Shown in pieces: positions 1 through 9,288 of a stretch of DNA of 64,000 nucleotides. The stretch is from Clostridiales bacterium GWF2_38_85 (GTDB lineage: Bacteria; Bacillota; Clostridia; Oscillospirales; CAG-382): assembly GCA_001797275.1 (NCBI GenBank), contig MGOY01000008.1, forward strand, positions 14,083-78,082. The letters are read 5' to 3'. A model generated the notes under the pieces. The model was not told the DNA's origin. It ran no database searches and saw nothing but the letters and a program-made list of their open reading frames with translations. How positions within the stretch are numbered: position 1 is the stretch's first letter; every line of letters starts with the position of its first letter. The position numbers were made by a program, and so were the translations under genes.

Positions 1-701
1 TTAGGCTCAGAAATATCAAATATCATTCTGCCGCTCTGCAGAATAGTTTCATCATCACTAATTATAACCTCGTCACCGTTTTCAATCGGATCAAGTGAGG
101 AACTTTTATCGACTGTATCAGGAATTGTATTTTTCGTTGTTTGATACTGCTCATAAACTCTGGCAGCATCCTGCTCAAGCTCTTCGAGTCCTGACGGGCG
201 GTAATCCTCATCAGCATCACCAACAAATTTAACGCTGATTGCTGTATCAAAAACTTTAGTGAAGGTTGTTTCAATCATACGGTCAAGCTGTGCACTATAT
301 AAAAGGTCAGCTGAATGGCCATCCGCAAGTATTATCGAATAGATATTGCGTTTTTTACTGTATTCATCCTTTGCACCGGTAAAGAAACCGTTGACAACAC
401 TGCCAAAATATTTTTTTACCAGCATTATCAACTCATTAAACGAAAATTGCTCCCATGTCATTGTTTTGTATGAGGGCAAAAAGATAACGCTGATTATTTC
501 GTATTGCTCTCTTATATCATTTTCAAGCTCTGATAACAAATCGAGTGATATCTTTTTTGAAAAATCGATATCACACTCAATTGCTTTCGCAGCTTTATTA
601 ACACGCACTTTTATATCATCTATACAGCAAATCAGTTCTTGCTGTTTAGGTGTCGGATTGAATTTTGAAAAGGTCTTTAAAAACTTTTCACTTGCAGTCA
701 T
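1..701 (-). CDS. polC: PolC-type DNA polymerase III, N-terminal part (partial; continues past position 1)
   Basis: Open minus-strand frame from ATG at 699-701 to the window edge (MTASEKFLKTFSKFNPTPKQQELI...). It is absent from the ORF track because it has no in-window stop. It lies directly downstream of rseP-ispG, as in the clostridial pyrH...ispG-polC cluster. The identity rests mainly on synteny. Confidence 0.6.
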   Translation of the reverse strand, partial: MTASEKFLKTFSKFNPTPKQQELICCIDDIKVRVNKAAKAIECDIDFSKKISLDLLSELENDIREQYEIISVIFLPSYKTMTWEQFSFNELIMLVKKYFGSVVNGFFTGAKDEYSKKRNIYSIILADGHSADLLYSAQLDRMIETTFTKVFDTAISVKFVGDADEDYRPSGLEELEQDAARVYEQYQTTKNTIPDTVDKSSSLDPIENGDEVIISDDETILQSGRMIFDISEP

Positions 702-732
702 TTTTTAACTTTTCCAATCTAAATTTATGTTT

Positions 733-1800
733 TTATAAACTTAATAAAATTAATTTTATTTCCTTTATAATTTCTTCGACAATATCTGCTTCGGGAATTT
801 TTCTCAAAATCACGCCTTTTTTGAATATAACAGCTTCGCCGTCACCGCCTGCAACTCCGATATCTGCCTGCTTTGCTTCTCCGGGTCCGTTAACGATGCA
901 ACCCATAACAGCAATATCAATATGCTTTTGAATGTTGAGTGAATCCAGTTCAACTTCAAGACGGTTTACTATATCGATTAGATTAATTCTTGTCCTTCCG
1001 CAGGTAGGGCAGGATATTATATTCGGTCTTTCGATAAGTCTGAGAGCTGAAAGTATTTGCTTTGCAGCAGGTACCTCTTCAACAGGATCAGCTGTCAGTG
1101 ATACTCTGATTGTGTCGCCTATACCATCGGCAAGGAGTGAGCCTATACCTATCGCAGATTTTACGATTCCCATTTTTGGTGTTCCTGCTTCGGTTACACC
1201 GAGGTGTAGCGGAAAATCAGTTTCGGCTGCGACAATGCGGTTAGCTTCAATCATTATCTGAGGATCTGATGATTTAATTGACAACACAATATCCGAAAGT
1301 CCCAGTCTTTCAAGCAGTCTTCCGTTATGTATTGCGCTCTCGGTGAGTGCTTCCGCGTTGGATCTACCATACTTCTCAAGAATATACTTTTCGACCGAAC
1401 CGCTGTTTACTCCGACACGGATGGGTATGTTTTTATTCAGTAGCTTGTCCACAACAGCCTTGACCTTGTCTTCGCTTCCGATGTTACCGGGATTAATTCT
1501 GACTTTATCGATACCAAAGTCAACTGCGGCAAACGCAAGCCTGTAGTCGAAATGGATGTCAGCGACAAGTGGAATTTTAGTGTTTAACTTAAAATATTCT
1601 ATGTTTCTTGCAGCATCCATACTGTTGACCGTGAAGCGTACAATGTCACAGCCGGCTGCTTCGAGTGCTTTTATCTGAGCAAGTGTTGCGTCTCTGTCAG
1701 CGGTGTCAGTATTCGTCATTGACTGGACAGCGATCTTTTCGCTGCCACCGATTTTTATATTACCGATTGATATAACTCTTGACTTTCGTCTCATAATCAT
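733..1800 (-). CDS. ispG: 4-hydroxy-3-methylbut-2-en-1-yl diphosphate synthase (flavodoxin)
   Basis: Motifs IAVQSMTNTDT, CPTCGRT and VMGCIVNGPGE. Start is uncertain (the ORF extends to 1824). Confidence 0.93.
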   Translation of the reverse strand: MIMRRKSRVISIGNIKIGGSEKIAVQSMTNTDTADRDATLAQIKALEAAGCDIVRFTVNSMDAARNIEYFKLNTKIPLVADIHFDYRLAFAAVDFGIDKVRINPGNIGSEDKVKAVVDKLLNKNIPIRVGVNSGSVEKYILEKYGRSNAEALTESAIHNGRLLERLGLSDIVLSIKSSDPQIMIEANRIVAAETDFPLHLGVTEAGTPKMGIVKSAIGIGSLLADGIGDTIRVSLTADPVEEVPAAKQILSALRLIERPNIISCPTCGRTRINLIDIVNRLEVELDSLNIQKHIDIAVMGCIVNGPGEAKQADIGVAGGDGEAVIFKKGVILRKIPEADIVEEIIKEIKLILLSL

Positions 1801-1827
1801 TCTAAACCCTATTTCATGGTGCAAATA

Positions 1828-2886
1828 TTATTTTATAATAGTGAAAACATCCTTGAATGCAACCAGGATCCCAAGCAGAATCAGCAGCATCATAAAGAAC
1901 ATTGTCAATGCTGCTTCAACCTTCTGCGGTACACGGCGTTTGAATATTGCTTCATAAATTAGGAACATAATCATACCGCCATCAAGCATCGGAATGGGAA
2001 GCAGGTTGAAAATACCCAAGCTGAGAGCTATAGTAACAAACAATGATGCAACATTTCTGACCGCTTCAGGTTGTTTTGCTGCACCGCCGATAGCATTACC
2101 GACTCCGATAGGTCCTGATACACCTTCAATTCCGAATCTGCCTTGAAGAGTGTCAACAAGTGATGAAATAACAATATCAACATTTGAGATTGATTGATAA
2201 ATTGTCTGATGGATCACTGTTCCGAAAGTCTTTTCTATACGTGCAACTTTAAAATCCAGATCTCCGAAAACAGTTCCCTGATTAGTAATTTGATTGAACT
2301 CTATAGTTAATATTTCTTTTTTCCCTTCTCTAATTACGACAATATTAATCGGTTTGATTCCGTCAACCATTATCGCATACACAAGATCGTTTGCAACATT
2401 TATTTTCTTCCCATTGACTTCGATTATTTGATCACCGACTTGAAGACCTTGTAAATCACTGACTGATTTTGTTTCATCAGTATTTATAAACTCAGCAATA
2501 GTTGTTGAGGCATAGACACTTTGTGTTGAAACCAGTACTGCCATAACAATCAATCCGAGCAGTACATTCATAAATGAACCGGCAATAGCAACAATGAATC
2601 TTTGCCAGATAGGTTTACTCCTGAAAGCAGTGCTTTTAAGCGCTTCGTCCTCGACTTCTTCGGATTCTCCGACCATACTGACAAAGCCACCGATCGGGAA
2701 CGCACGGATACTGAACAGGTTGTATTTACCCTGCTTTTTGAATATCTTTGGCCCAAAGCCTATTGCGAATTCGTTTATCCCGACTTTGAACTTTCTTGCC
2801 GCAAGATAGTGACCAAGCTCATGTACCAGTATCAATATACCGAATAAAAATATTGTCAATAACGCTGTTAAGAGAAAATCTAACAT
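1828..2886 (-). CDS. rseP: RIP site-2 metalloprotease, M50 family (RseP/RasP)
   Basis: HELGHYL zinc motif, a central PDZ-like segment, NLLPIPMLDGG motif and multiple TM helices. Confidence 0.92.
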   Translation of the reverse strand: MLDFLLTALLTIFLFGILILVHELGHYLAARKFKVGINEFAIGFGPKIFKKQGKYNLFSIRAFPIGGFVSMVGESEEVEDEALKSTAFRSKPIWQRFIVAIAGSFMNVLLGLIVMAVLVSTQSVYASTTIAEFINTDETKSVSDLQGLQVGDQIIEVNGKKINVANDLVYAIMVDGIKPINIVVIREGKKEILTIEFNQITNQGTVFGDLDFKVARIEKTFGTVIHQTIYQSISNVDIVISSLVDTLQGRFGIEGVSGPIGVGNAIGGAAKQPEAVRNVASLFVTIALSLGIFNLLPIPMLDGGMIMFLIYEAIFKRRVPQKVEAALTMFFMMLLILLGILVAFKDVFTIIK

Positions 2887-2898
2887 ACAAAAAACTCC

Positions 2899-4041
2899 TT
2901 AATCTTTGAAAATTACACCCTGTACATATTCTCTCGCAGATTTATCTGCATCGAGAATATCCTTTATTGTATTTACGTCCTTCGGACTAATTGCTTCGGT
3001 TGTTCGTATGACTATTTCAGCAATCTCCAAAAAGCTTATTTTCTTATTTAAAAACAAGGCAACAGCTGCTTCATTTGCTCCGTTCATAACTGTGGGTGCT
3101 GTTTCACCGATGTCAAACGCCTTCATTGCGAGCTGTAGAAGCGGGAAGGTTTCGTAATCGGGTTTTGCAAAATGCAGATAACTGATTTTCGTAAAGTCAA
3201 GAGGTTCTGATAATGATGCTTTGCGATCCGGATATGTCAGTGCATATTGTATCGGAAGTCGCATATCATGCGAACCAAGCTGTGCGATAACAGAATTGTC
3301 TTCAAACTCGACCATTGAATGAATAATGCTTTCGCGATGTATAACTATATCTATCTGCTTGCTTGTCAGATTAAAAAGATGAGCCGCTTCGATAAACTCG
3401 AGTCCTTTATTCATCAATGTGGCAGAATCAACGGTTATTTTTGCACCCATGCTCCAGTTGGGATGTTTGAGTGCATCATCAAGCGAAACATTCTTCAACA
3501 TATCCTTAGTATAACCAAAAAAGCTGCCGCCCGAAGCAGTAATGATGATTTTCTTAGGTTTACATTGACCCTGAAGGCACTGAAATATAGCTGAATGCTC
3601 GCTGTCTACAGGTATTATGTCAACTTTATTTTGCTTTGCTGACTTCATGATTAATTCACCGCCAGCTACAAGTGTTTCTTTATTAGCAAGAGCAATGCGT
3701 TTTTTTGCACTGATTGCTGCCATAGTTGGGGCGAGTCCGCTTATACCCAGTAATGAATTAAATATGATGTCTGCATTCTTATCCTGCGCAAGCTCACAAA
3801 GAGCATCGCTCCCTGCCAGAACCTCTGTATTGGTATCTGCAAGCGCAAGCTTCAATATATCATATTTTGCTTCGGAAATCCAGCATCTCGCTGGTCTAAA
3901 CTCTCTGCACTGCTTTTCTAATAATATATGATTGTTACCTGCAGATAATGCAGTTATTTTAATGCCGAGAAGCCTTGCAACCTCAAGTGCCTGAGTTCCT
4001 ATTGAGCCTGTCGAGCCGAGCAGAACCATGCTTTTTATCAT
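2899..4041 (-). CDS. dxr: 1-deoxy-D-xylulose 5-phosphate reductoisomerase
   Basis: LGSTGSIGTQ NADPH motif, plus LANKETLV, DSEHSAIFQCL and HPNWSMG. Confidence 0.96.
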   Translation of the reverse strand: MIKSMVLLGSTGSIGTQALEVARLLGIKITALSAGNNHILLEKQCREFRPARCWISEAKYDILKLALADTNTEVLAGSDALCELAQDKNADIIFNSLLGISGLAPTMAAISAKKRIALANKETLVAGGELIMKSAKQNKVDIIPVDSEHSAIFQCLQGQCKPKKIIITASGGSFFGYTKDMLKNVSLDDALKHPNWSMGAKITVDSATLMNKGLEFIEAAHLFNLTSKQIDIVIHRESIIHSMVEFEDNSVIAQLGSHDMRLPIQYALTYPDRKASLSEPLDFTKISYLHFAKPDYETFPLLQLAMKAFDIGETAPTVMNGANEAAVALFLNKKISFLEIAEIVIRTTEAISPKDVNTIKDILDADKSAREYVQGVIFKD

Positions 4042-4051
4042 CGCGACCTCA

Positions 4052-4852
4052 CTAAATCAATATTGAAATTATATAAAATGCATTGAATACCAAAGACACA
4101 CCGATAACGCTGTCGAATCTGTCCATAACACCGCCATGTCCCGGAAAAATCTTGCCATAATCCTTGATTACGTATATTCGTTTTATCGCAGATGCAAGCA
4201 AATCGCCTGCCTGAGATGCTAGTGACAAAAGAAAGCCTAAGAATACAGATTCAAGCACAGGTATATCCGTAATAAATCCATAGATAAGAAAAGCTATGAC
4301 TGTTGCCATTGTTCCGCCGATTGAGCCTTCAATTGTCTTTTTCGGACTTAGAGTTGGACAAAGCTTATGTTTACCGAAATATTTTCCGGTTATCATGGCA
4401 AAAGAATCCGTAACCCATGAAACGATGAAAAACATCAGGAAAATCAATGTATAAGGATGAAATCTATTGTAATATACTATAAGCCCGAAGCCTGTTGACG
4501 GATACAGAAGAGCTGTAATATACATTGGGATAAATTTATTTACCGGTCTTAGCATATAGCACATAACTATTATTGCAACAGTAAGAATTGTCAGCGGTAA
4601 AACCGTATGTATTATTATACTGCTCGCCAATTCACCGATTATTTTTATATCGGATGCCACCGGAATTGCTGTGCCGATTATAACGCCGACGATCCGAAGC
4701 GGGAGCTTTGCACCGATGCAAGAGCACATTTCGTAAACAGCTACCGCTGATAGAAGCGCTATTACAACAGTGAAAATATATGTATTATGAAATATCAATA
4801 CAGGAATGAATAACAGTAAGGCAATAACCGCCGTAATAACTCTTGTTTTCAT
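4052..4852 (-). CDS. cdsA: phosphatidate cytidylyltransferase
   Basis: Polytopic membrane protein with the C-terminal signature KDYGKIFPGHGGVMDRFDS. Confidence 0.92.
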   Translation of the reverse strand: MKTRVITAVIALLLFIPVLIFHNTYIFTVVIALLSAVAVYEMCSCIGAKLPLRIVGVIIGTAIPVASDIKIIGELASSIIIHTVLPLTILTVAIIVMCYMLRPVNKFIPMYITALLYPSTGFGLIVYYNRFHPYTLIFLMFFIVSWVTDSFAMITGKYFGKHKLCPTLSPKKTIEGSIGGTMATVIAFLIYGFITDIPVLESVFLGFLLSLASQAGDLLASAIKRIYVIKDYGKIFPGHGGVMDRFDSVIGVSLVFNAFYIISILI

Positions 4853-4867
4853 TTGTCTTCAGGCAGT

Positions 4868-5596
4868 TTATGCGCCGCCGAACCTCCTGTTGCGTTTCGA
4901 ATAGCTTTCTATTGCTGTAAGCAATTCCTTTTTATCAAAGTCAGGCCAATAGACAGTTGAAAAATATAGCTCTGAATATGCTGTCTGCCATAGTAAGAAG
5001 TTTGACAGCCGTTCTTCACCGCTGGTTCTGATTACAAGCTCGGGATCAGGTATACCAACTGTATACAGGTTTTCTGTGATATCCTTTTCTGTAATAACAC
5101 GCTTACCTGACTGTATCAGGTTGTTCACAGCATAACAAATATCAGCTTTTCCTCCGTAGTTCAATGCTATGCACAAGGTCATTCCGGTATTATTTCTGAG
5201 TGTATCTATGCTTTTTTCAAGTGATGTGACAGTTACAGCATCAAAAGCTTTGTAATCTCCGAGTAAACGAAGTGAAATATTCAACTCCATCAGCTTCGGG
5301 ACATAGTTCGCAATATATTTATGCATTAACTCAACAAGTGTTTTTATTTCATCTTCGCTTCGTTTCCAATTTTCAGTTGAAAAAGCAAATACAGTCAGGT
5401 ATTTAACCCTCAATGAGTTACAAGCATCAACTGTATTGATGAAGCTCTCACCACCGGCAGCATGACCTGCGGTTCTCGGTAGCCCTCTCTGCTTTGCCCA
5501 TCTGCCATTGCCATCCATAATTATTGCAATATGCTTGGGAACAATGAGATTATTATTCAATTCTGATATTGCAGTTATTTTCTTTCTTTTAAACAT
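4868..5596 (-). CDS. uppS: isoprenyl transferase (undecaprenyl diphosphate synthase)
   Basis: Motifs IIMDGNGRWA, FSTENWKR and RTSGEERLSNFLLWQ. Start chosen at MFKRKK, preceded by GAGG (the ORF extends to 5614). Confidence 0.94.
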   Translation of the reverse strand: MFKRKKITAISELNNNLIVPKHIAIIMDGNGRWAKQRGLPRTAGHAAGGESFINTVDACNSLRVKYLTVFAFSTENWKRSEDEIKTLVELMHKYIANYVPKLMELNISLRLLGDYKAFDAVTVTSLEKSIDTLRNNTGMTLCIALNYGGKADICYAVNNLIQSGKRVITEKDITENLYTVGIPDPELVIRTSGEERLSNFLLWQTAYSELYFSTVYWPDFDKKELLTAIESYSKRNRRFGGA

Positions 5597-5635
5597 GTTA
5601 AACCTCATTCCCAAAGCAATTAAATTGTATGTAAT

Positions 5636-5668
5636 AACATAAACCGATACAGTGTGAGGCTGTATCGG
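5636..5668 (-). terminator. stem-loop downstream of frr (weak U tract)
   Basis: CCGATACAG(N7)CTGTATCGG, 9-bp perfect stem at 5644-5652/5660-5668, followed on the minus strand by TTTATGTT. Confidence 0.5.
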
Positions 5669-5670
5669 AA

Positions 5671-5738
5671 TATATATTAAACTAACATCAGTATTTTATT
5701 ATAGAATGTACAGCATTTCATTTGTTAGTCTAAATATA
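5671..5738. repeat. short or decayed copy of the AT-rich palindromic element family
   Basis: Left arm TATATTAAACTAACA matches the 51557 copy over 15 nt. The right arm CATTTCATTTGTTAGTCTAAATATA is its imperfect complement. Confidence 0.55.
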
Positions 5739-5739
5739 A

Positions 5740-6294
5740 CTAAATCTCCATGATTTCTTTGTCTTTTTTAACGATTAAGGTATCAATTTCCTTGATGTAT
5801 TTATCGGTGAGATCTTGGGTTTCTTTTTCTGAATGCTTAATCTCATCTTCAGTCATCTCAGATTTCTTTTTCATTTCTTTGCACTTATCATTTGCTTCGC
5901 GTCTGATATTTCTGAGTGCAACCTTTGCATCTTCTCCAAGCTTTGCGACCTGCTTTGTAAGCTCATGTCTTCTGTCTTCGGTCAACTGAGGGAAATTCAA
6001 ACGAATTTGCTTGCCGTCATTGCTAGGAGTTATTCCCAGATCAGAGATTTGAATAGCCTTTTCGATTGCTTTCAGCGATGTTGCATCCCAAGGTGTGATA
6101 GTAAGAATACGAGGTTCTGGAACCTTGATTTCCGCCATCTGGTTTACAGGAGTTGGAGTTCCGTAATAAAGGACTGAGATTTTATCAAGAACCTTTGCAT
6201 TAGCTCTTCCAACTCTTATTGTTTCAAGTTCACCTTCAAAAACTATAATGGTTTTCTTCATGCGTTCTTCAAAGGATTTCAGTTCTAATTTCAT
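5740..6294 (-). CDS. frr: ribosome recycling factor
   Basis: Motifs VGRANAKVLD and ITPSNDGKQIRLNFPQLTEDRR. Start chosen at MKLELK after a GGAG (the ORF extends to 6306). Confidence 0.95.
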   Translation of the reverse strand: MKLELKSFEERMKKTIIVFEGELETIRVGRANAKVLDKISVLYYGTPTPVNQMAEIKVPEPRILTITPWDATSLKAIEKAIQISDLGITPSNDGKQIRLNFPQLTEDRRHELTKQVAKLGEDAKVALRNIRREANDKCKEMKKKSEMTEDEIKHSEKETQDLTDKYIKEIDTLIVKKDKEIMEI

Positions 6295-6370
6295 AATAAG
6301 CTCCATTTCTCCGGCTTTGGATTTTTAAAATATTAACAGTATATCGCCGGTATAACTGCTTTGTATGTTT

Positions 6371-7090
6371 TTATTCGATAATGGTTCCGATATCATTGCC
6401 CATAATGGCTCTTGTTATGTTTTCAGGGTTTTCAAGTGCGAATAAAAGTACTTTTAGTTTATTTTCTTTGCCGAAGCCTGCGGCTGCAAGGTCAATGACC
6501 GTGATATCATTCTTAAGTATATAATCATAAGTTACTTCTGTCAAGCGTTTTGCGTTTTTATCTTTTTTTGGATCGGCAGTATACACACCGTCGACATTTT
6601 TTGCAAGCAGTGCGATATCTGCGTCAATCTCTGCAGCTCTTAACATACCTGCTGTATCGGTTGAAAAGAACGGGTTTCCTGTTCCGCCAGCAATTATAAC
6701 TGCGTATCCTCTCTCAAGATACTCAATTGCGACATCTCTCGAATATGTATCGGTTACTGTCGGTATTTGCTTTGAACACATTACTATTGTTTTCTGTCCA
6801 ACTGCTTCAAGCTCATCCTGCAATGCAAGTGAGTTGATAACTGTTGCCAGCATACCCATCGCATCGCTTCTGGTGCGATTATGACTTTTACCCTGTCTGC
6901 CGCGCCATATATTGCCGCCACCGACAACAATCCCGAACTGGACACCCATATCAGCACAGGCCTTAATCTGTTTGCAAATTTCACCCATGAAATCAAAGTT
7001 AAGGATTTCATCGGTATTTGCCGACATTGCCTCTCCTGACAGTTTCAGCAGAACTCTTTTGTACTTTGATTTGATTTGATCTTTTTCCAT
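6371..7090 (-). CDS. pyrH: UMP kinase
   Basis: Motifs KRVLLKLSGEA, VVGGGNIWRG and GTGNPFFSTDTAG. Start is uncertain (the ORF extends to 7108). Confidence 0.95.
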   Translation of the reverse strand: MEKDQIKSKYKRVLLKLSGEAMSANTDEILNFDFMGEICKQIKACADMGVQFGIVVGGGNIWRGRQGKSHNRTRSDAMGMLATVINSLALQDELEAVGQKTIVMCSKQIPTVTDTYSRDVAIEYLERGYAVIIAGGTGNPFFSTDTAGMLRAAEIDADIALLAKNVDGVYTADPKKDKNAKRLTEVTYDYILKNDITVIDLAAAGFGKENKLKVLLFALENPENITRAIMGNDIGTIIE

Positions 7091-7129
7091 TCTTTTCACT
7101 CTTCCCATTAAGATATAAATGAATTTTAT

Positions 7130-8569
7130 TTATTTTTCATAGTTGTTGAATAAAAATAGTTGACTATCAAGGTATGGGAATAATCCGACTTTGAAAGCAG
7201 TAAAGTTACTGATTGTTGCAGATTCGATATCATCTGCCGGAATATATCTCATTATGTCCGACCAGACATAGTTTTCGGCAATCTTTGCGCGTTCGTCATC
7301 GCTGTCCTGGGGAAAGTACAAATCGCTTGCACCGAAAAGATGCAGAATTTCATGTGCATATGTTGACGGGCACATAAAATAATTATAATTGCGATCGGTT
7401 GAATAGAACATAACAGCTCGTTCGAGATAATTCAGTTCGCTGTCATAATTGTCTGTGTTACACTGTATTGCATAGCTTCTACCTGATTTATTTACATTAA
7501 GCAGTACACAGTAATTATCGTATTTACTTAATTCATCTTCTGTAAAATATGCCTCTACATAGCCTTTCAAAGAACCGTAGGTCGTATATGCCATCATTTC
7601 TTCTATCCAGATAGTATAAGTATAATCGTCGGGGATCGTTCCGTTATAAACGAAATATAATGATTCGGCTTCTGATGTTGCAGTGATTTCGGATTCAACA
7701 TTATATGCAAGAGCCATTTTTTCAAGGTAATTGGTTGCCTTATCAACATATTCAAGCATATCAGAAATAGCAGTCTTATTCCACTCGCTGTTCCCGTCAC
7801 TGATAAAAATATTTATTACAAGAATATCTCCGTATAATCGAGTTGCAGTTCCACTGTTTTGCGCGCCGTCTGTGAGGTTATCCTCCCAGTTTGTTGCCAG
7901 CAATTGATCTTCCTCCGCTTTTTCGAGTGCAAAGTATATGCTGTTGTCAAGCAGCCACATATCATTGATTTTTTTCATCCTGATAGACGCGGTTATTGAA
8001 ATTTCAAGTCCGGTAAATCGAATTTCCGCACTGTTTTGATCTAAACTCAATATCTTAATCGAATCGATATCAATTGAAAAAATATTCGAAAGCATATAAT
8101 TATCACTGATATATGTCGTTTCTTCAATGAAAGTGATTACTTTGGGTCCGTATTTAGGATATTCGAGTAGCATATTAAAAGCTGCCTGCCCGTCTGAGTA
8201 AATCTGATTACAGGCATCCAGTAGCTTTTGCTTTGTTGAGAATTTGTGTTCGCTATTCAGCTTGTATAACTTAAAGGGACTGTCATCGCAATAGAATTCT
8301 GCTTCTTTACTGTTTATTTCAGTTCTGGAAAGAATAAAGTCTATTATAACTAATTCCTTTTCATATAGCTTAACAAACTCATCTTTCAGCTCAGATTTGT
8401 ATAAGCTTTCCTCCGTTTCGGAAGCTGTTATCGATTCTGTCAGGTTGTATGATTCAACATTCGAGTAATTTGGACTTGAGGTATCAATATTATCAGCTTT
8501 GTTACATCCGGATAAAACGAAGATGATGCATAAACACAGAATTAAAGCTGAAATTTTAATGCTTTTCAC
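7130..8569 (-). CDS. putative zinc-metalloprotease-like lipoprotein (hypothetical)
   Basis: Lipobox signal MKSIKISALILCLCIIFVLSGC. C-terminal HExxH context YAHEILHLFGASDLY. No other family recognised. Confidence 0.5.
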   Translation of the reverse strand: MKSIKISALILCLCIIFVLSGCNKADNIDTSSPNYSNVESYNLTESITASETEESLYKSELKDEFVKLYEKELVIIDFILSRTEINSKEAEFYCDDSPFKLYKLNSEHKFSTKQKLLDACNQIYSDGQAAFNMLLEYPKYGPKVITFIEETTYISDNYMLSNIFSIDIDSIKILSLDQNSAEIRFTGLEISITASIRMKKINDMWLLDNSIYFALEKAEEDQLLATNWEDNLTDGAQNSGTATRLYGDILVINIFISDGNSEWNKTAISDMLEYVDKATNYLEKMALAYNVESEITATSEAESLYFVYNGTIPDDYTYTIWIEEMMAYTTYGSLKGYVEAYFTEDELSKYDNYCVLLNVNKSGRSYAIQCNTDNYDSELNYLERAVMFYSTDRNYNYFMCPSTYAHEILHLFGASDLYFPQDSDDERAKIAENYVWSDIMRYIPADDIESATISNFTAFKVGLFPYLDSQLFLFNNYEK

Positions 8570-8596
8570 CTATTTCTCCCTGCTGCAATTATTTCT

Positions 8597-8687
8597 GTAT
8601 AAAACTAATAAATGATTTACATCAGCTATTTGATATAAGTCATATAAATATTCTATAGAATTTACATATTTGATAAGTTAGCTTTTA
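8597..8687. repeat. degenerate copy of the palindromic element family
   Basis: GTATAAAACTAATAAATGATTTA (8597-8619) matches the T-variant arm TATAAAACTAATAAATGAATTA. A decayed partner arm AATTTACATATTTGATAAGTTAGCTTTTA lies at 8659-8687. Confidence 0.4.
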
Positions 8688-9012
8688 GGAAAGCGCTTCG
8701 CATTTTCGGAAGGTTAACGATAAATTATTATATCATATAACCAATTCTCTTTCAAGTACAAATTAATATTTTTCACAATTCAATCCCACTGCCAATAGAT
8801 TTTATCTGACAGCGGGATTATTATAACCAATCTTGTTCTATTATGATTAATTATTGTTTATCTGCAAATAATATGATTGAGGTAGAACAAAGGAGATAGG
8901 GAATTTTGTGCTTGAGTACAAAAAGTAAATTACTCAACCGTATACAATTCAGCGGATATAATACGTCAGATTGTATACGGAACAAATAACATATCCTGCC
9001 TTTGCGAAAGGG

Positions 9013-9222
9013 ATGGAATTTACGATGGATGATAAGTCAATTAAAAAGCATCCGAGTGAAGATGCTTTTTTAACAAATCCGATTGCATCAAATCAAGATA
9101 CAACCGGGTTTGTACCGACAATTCCTCAGGATGAATACGAGGCCAGGTCATATAAGGATATTCGGTATGTACCGGTGACACACCTCCATATGATCGAGGA
9201 AGAAAAAAAAAAGAAGAAATAA
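9013..9222 (+). CDS. hypothetical small protein with a lysine tail
   Basis: ORF MEFTMDDKSIKKHPSEDAF...HMIEEEKKKKK with no recognisable family. The track's TTG start at 8971 lies inside a hairpin, so an internal ATG is preferred. The coding sequence contains an A10 run at 9203-9212. Confidence 0.35.
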   Translation: MEFTMDDKSIKKHPSEDAFLTNPIASNQDTTGFVPTIPQDEYEARSYKDIRYVPVTHLHMIEEEKKKKK

Positions 9223-9250
9223 ATTAAATCTTCGTTCAAATTATAAAATA

Positions 9251-9288
9251 AAAAAGCAGGCAATAATGTTTATTTATTGTCTGCTTTT
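9251..9288. terminator. bidirectional stem-loop between convergent genes
   Basis: AGCAGGCAATAA(N6)TTATTGTCTGCT flanked by an A-run and a T-run. It overlaps the 3' end of the CBS gene. Confidence 0.55.

Noticed and set aside
346-708. Plus-strand ORFs 346-708 and 665-931, and minus-strand ORF 62-274, from the track
   Set aside because: The translations are low-complexity. The whole region is covered by a clean minus-strand frame starting at 699-701 that runs off the window (the polC N-terminus), so these are shadow ORFs.
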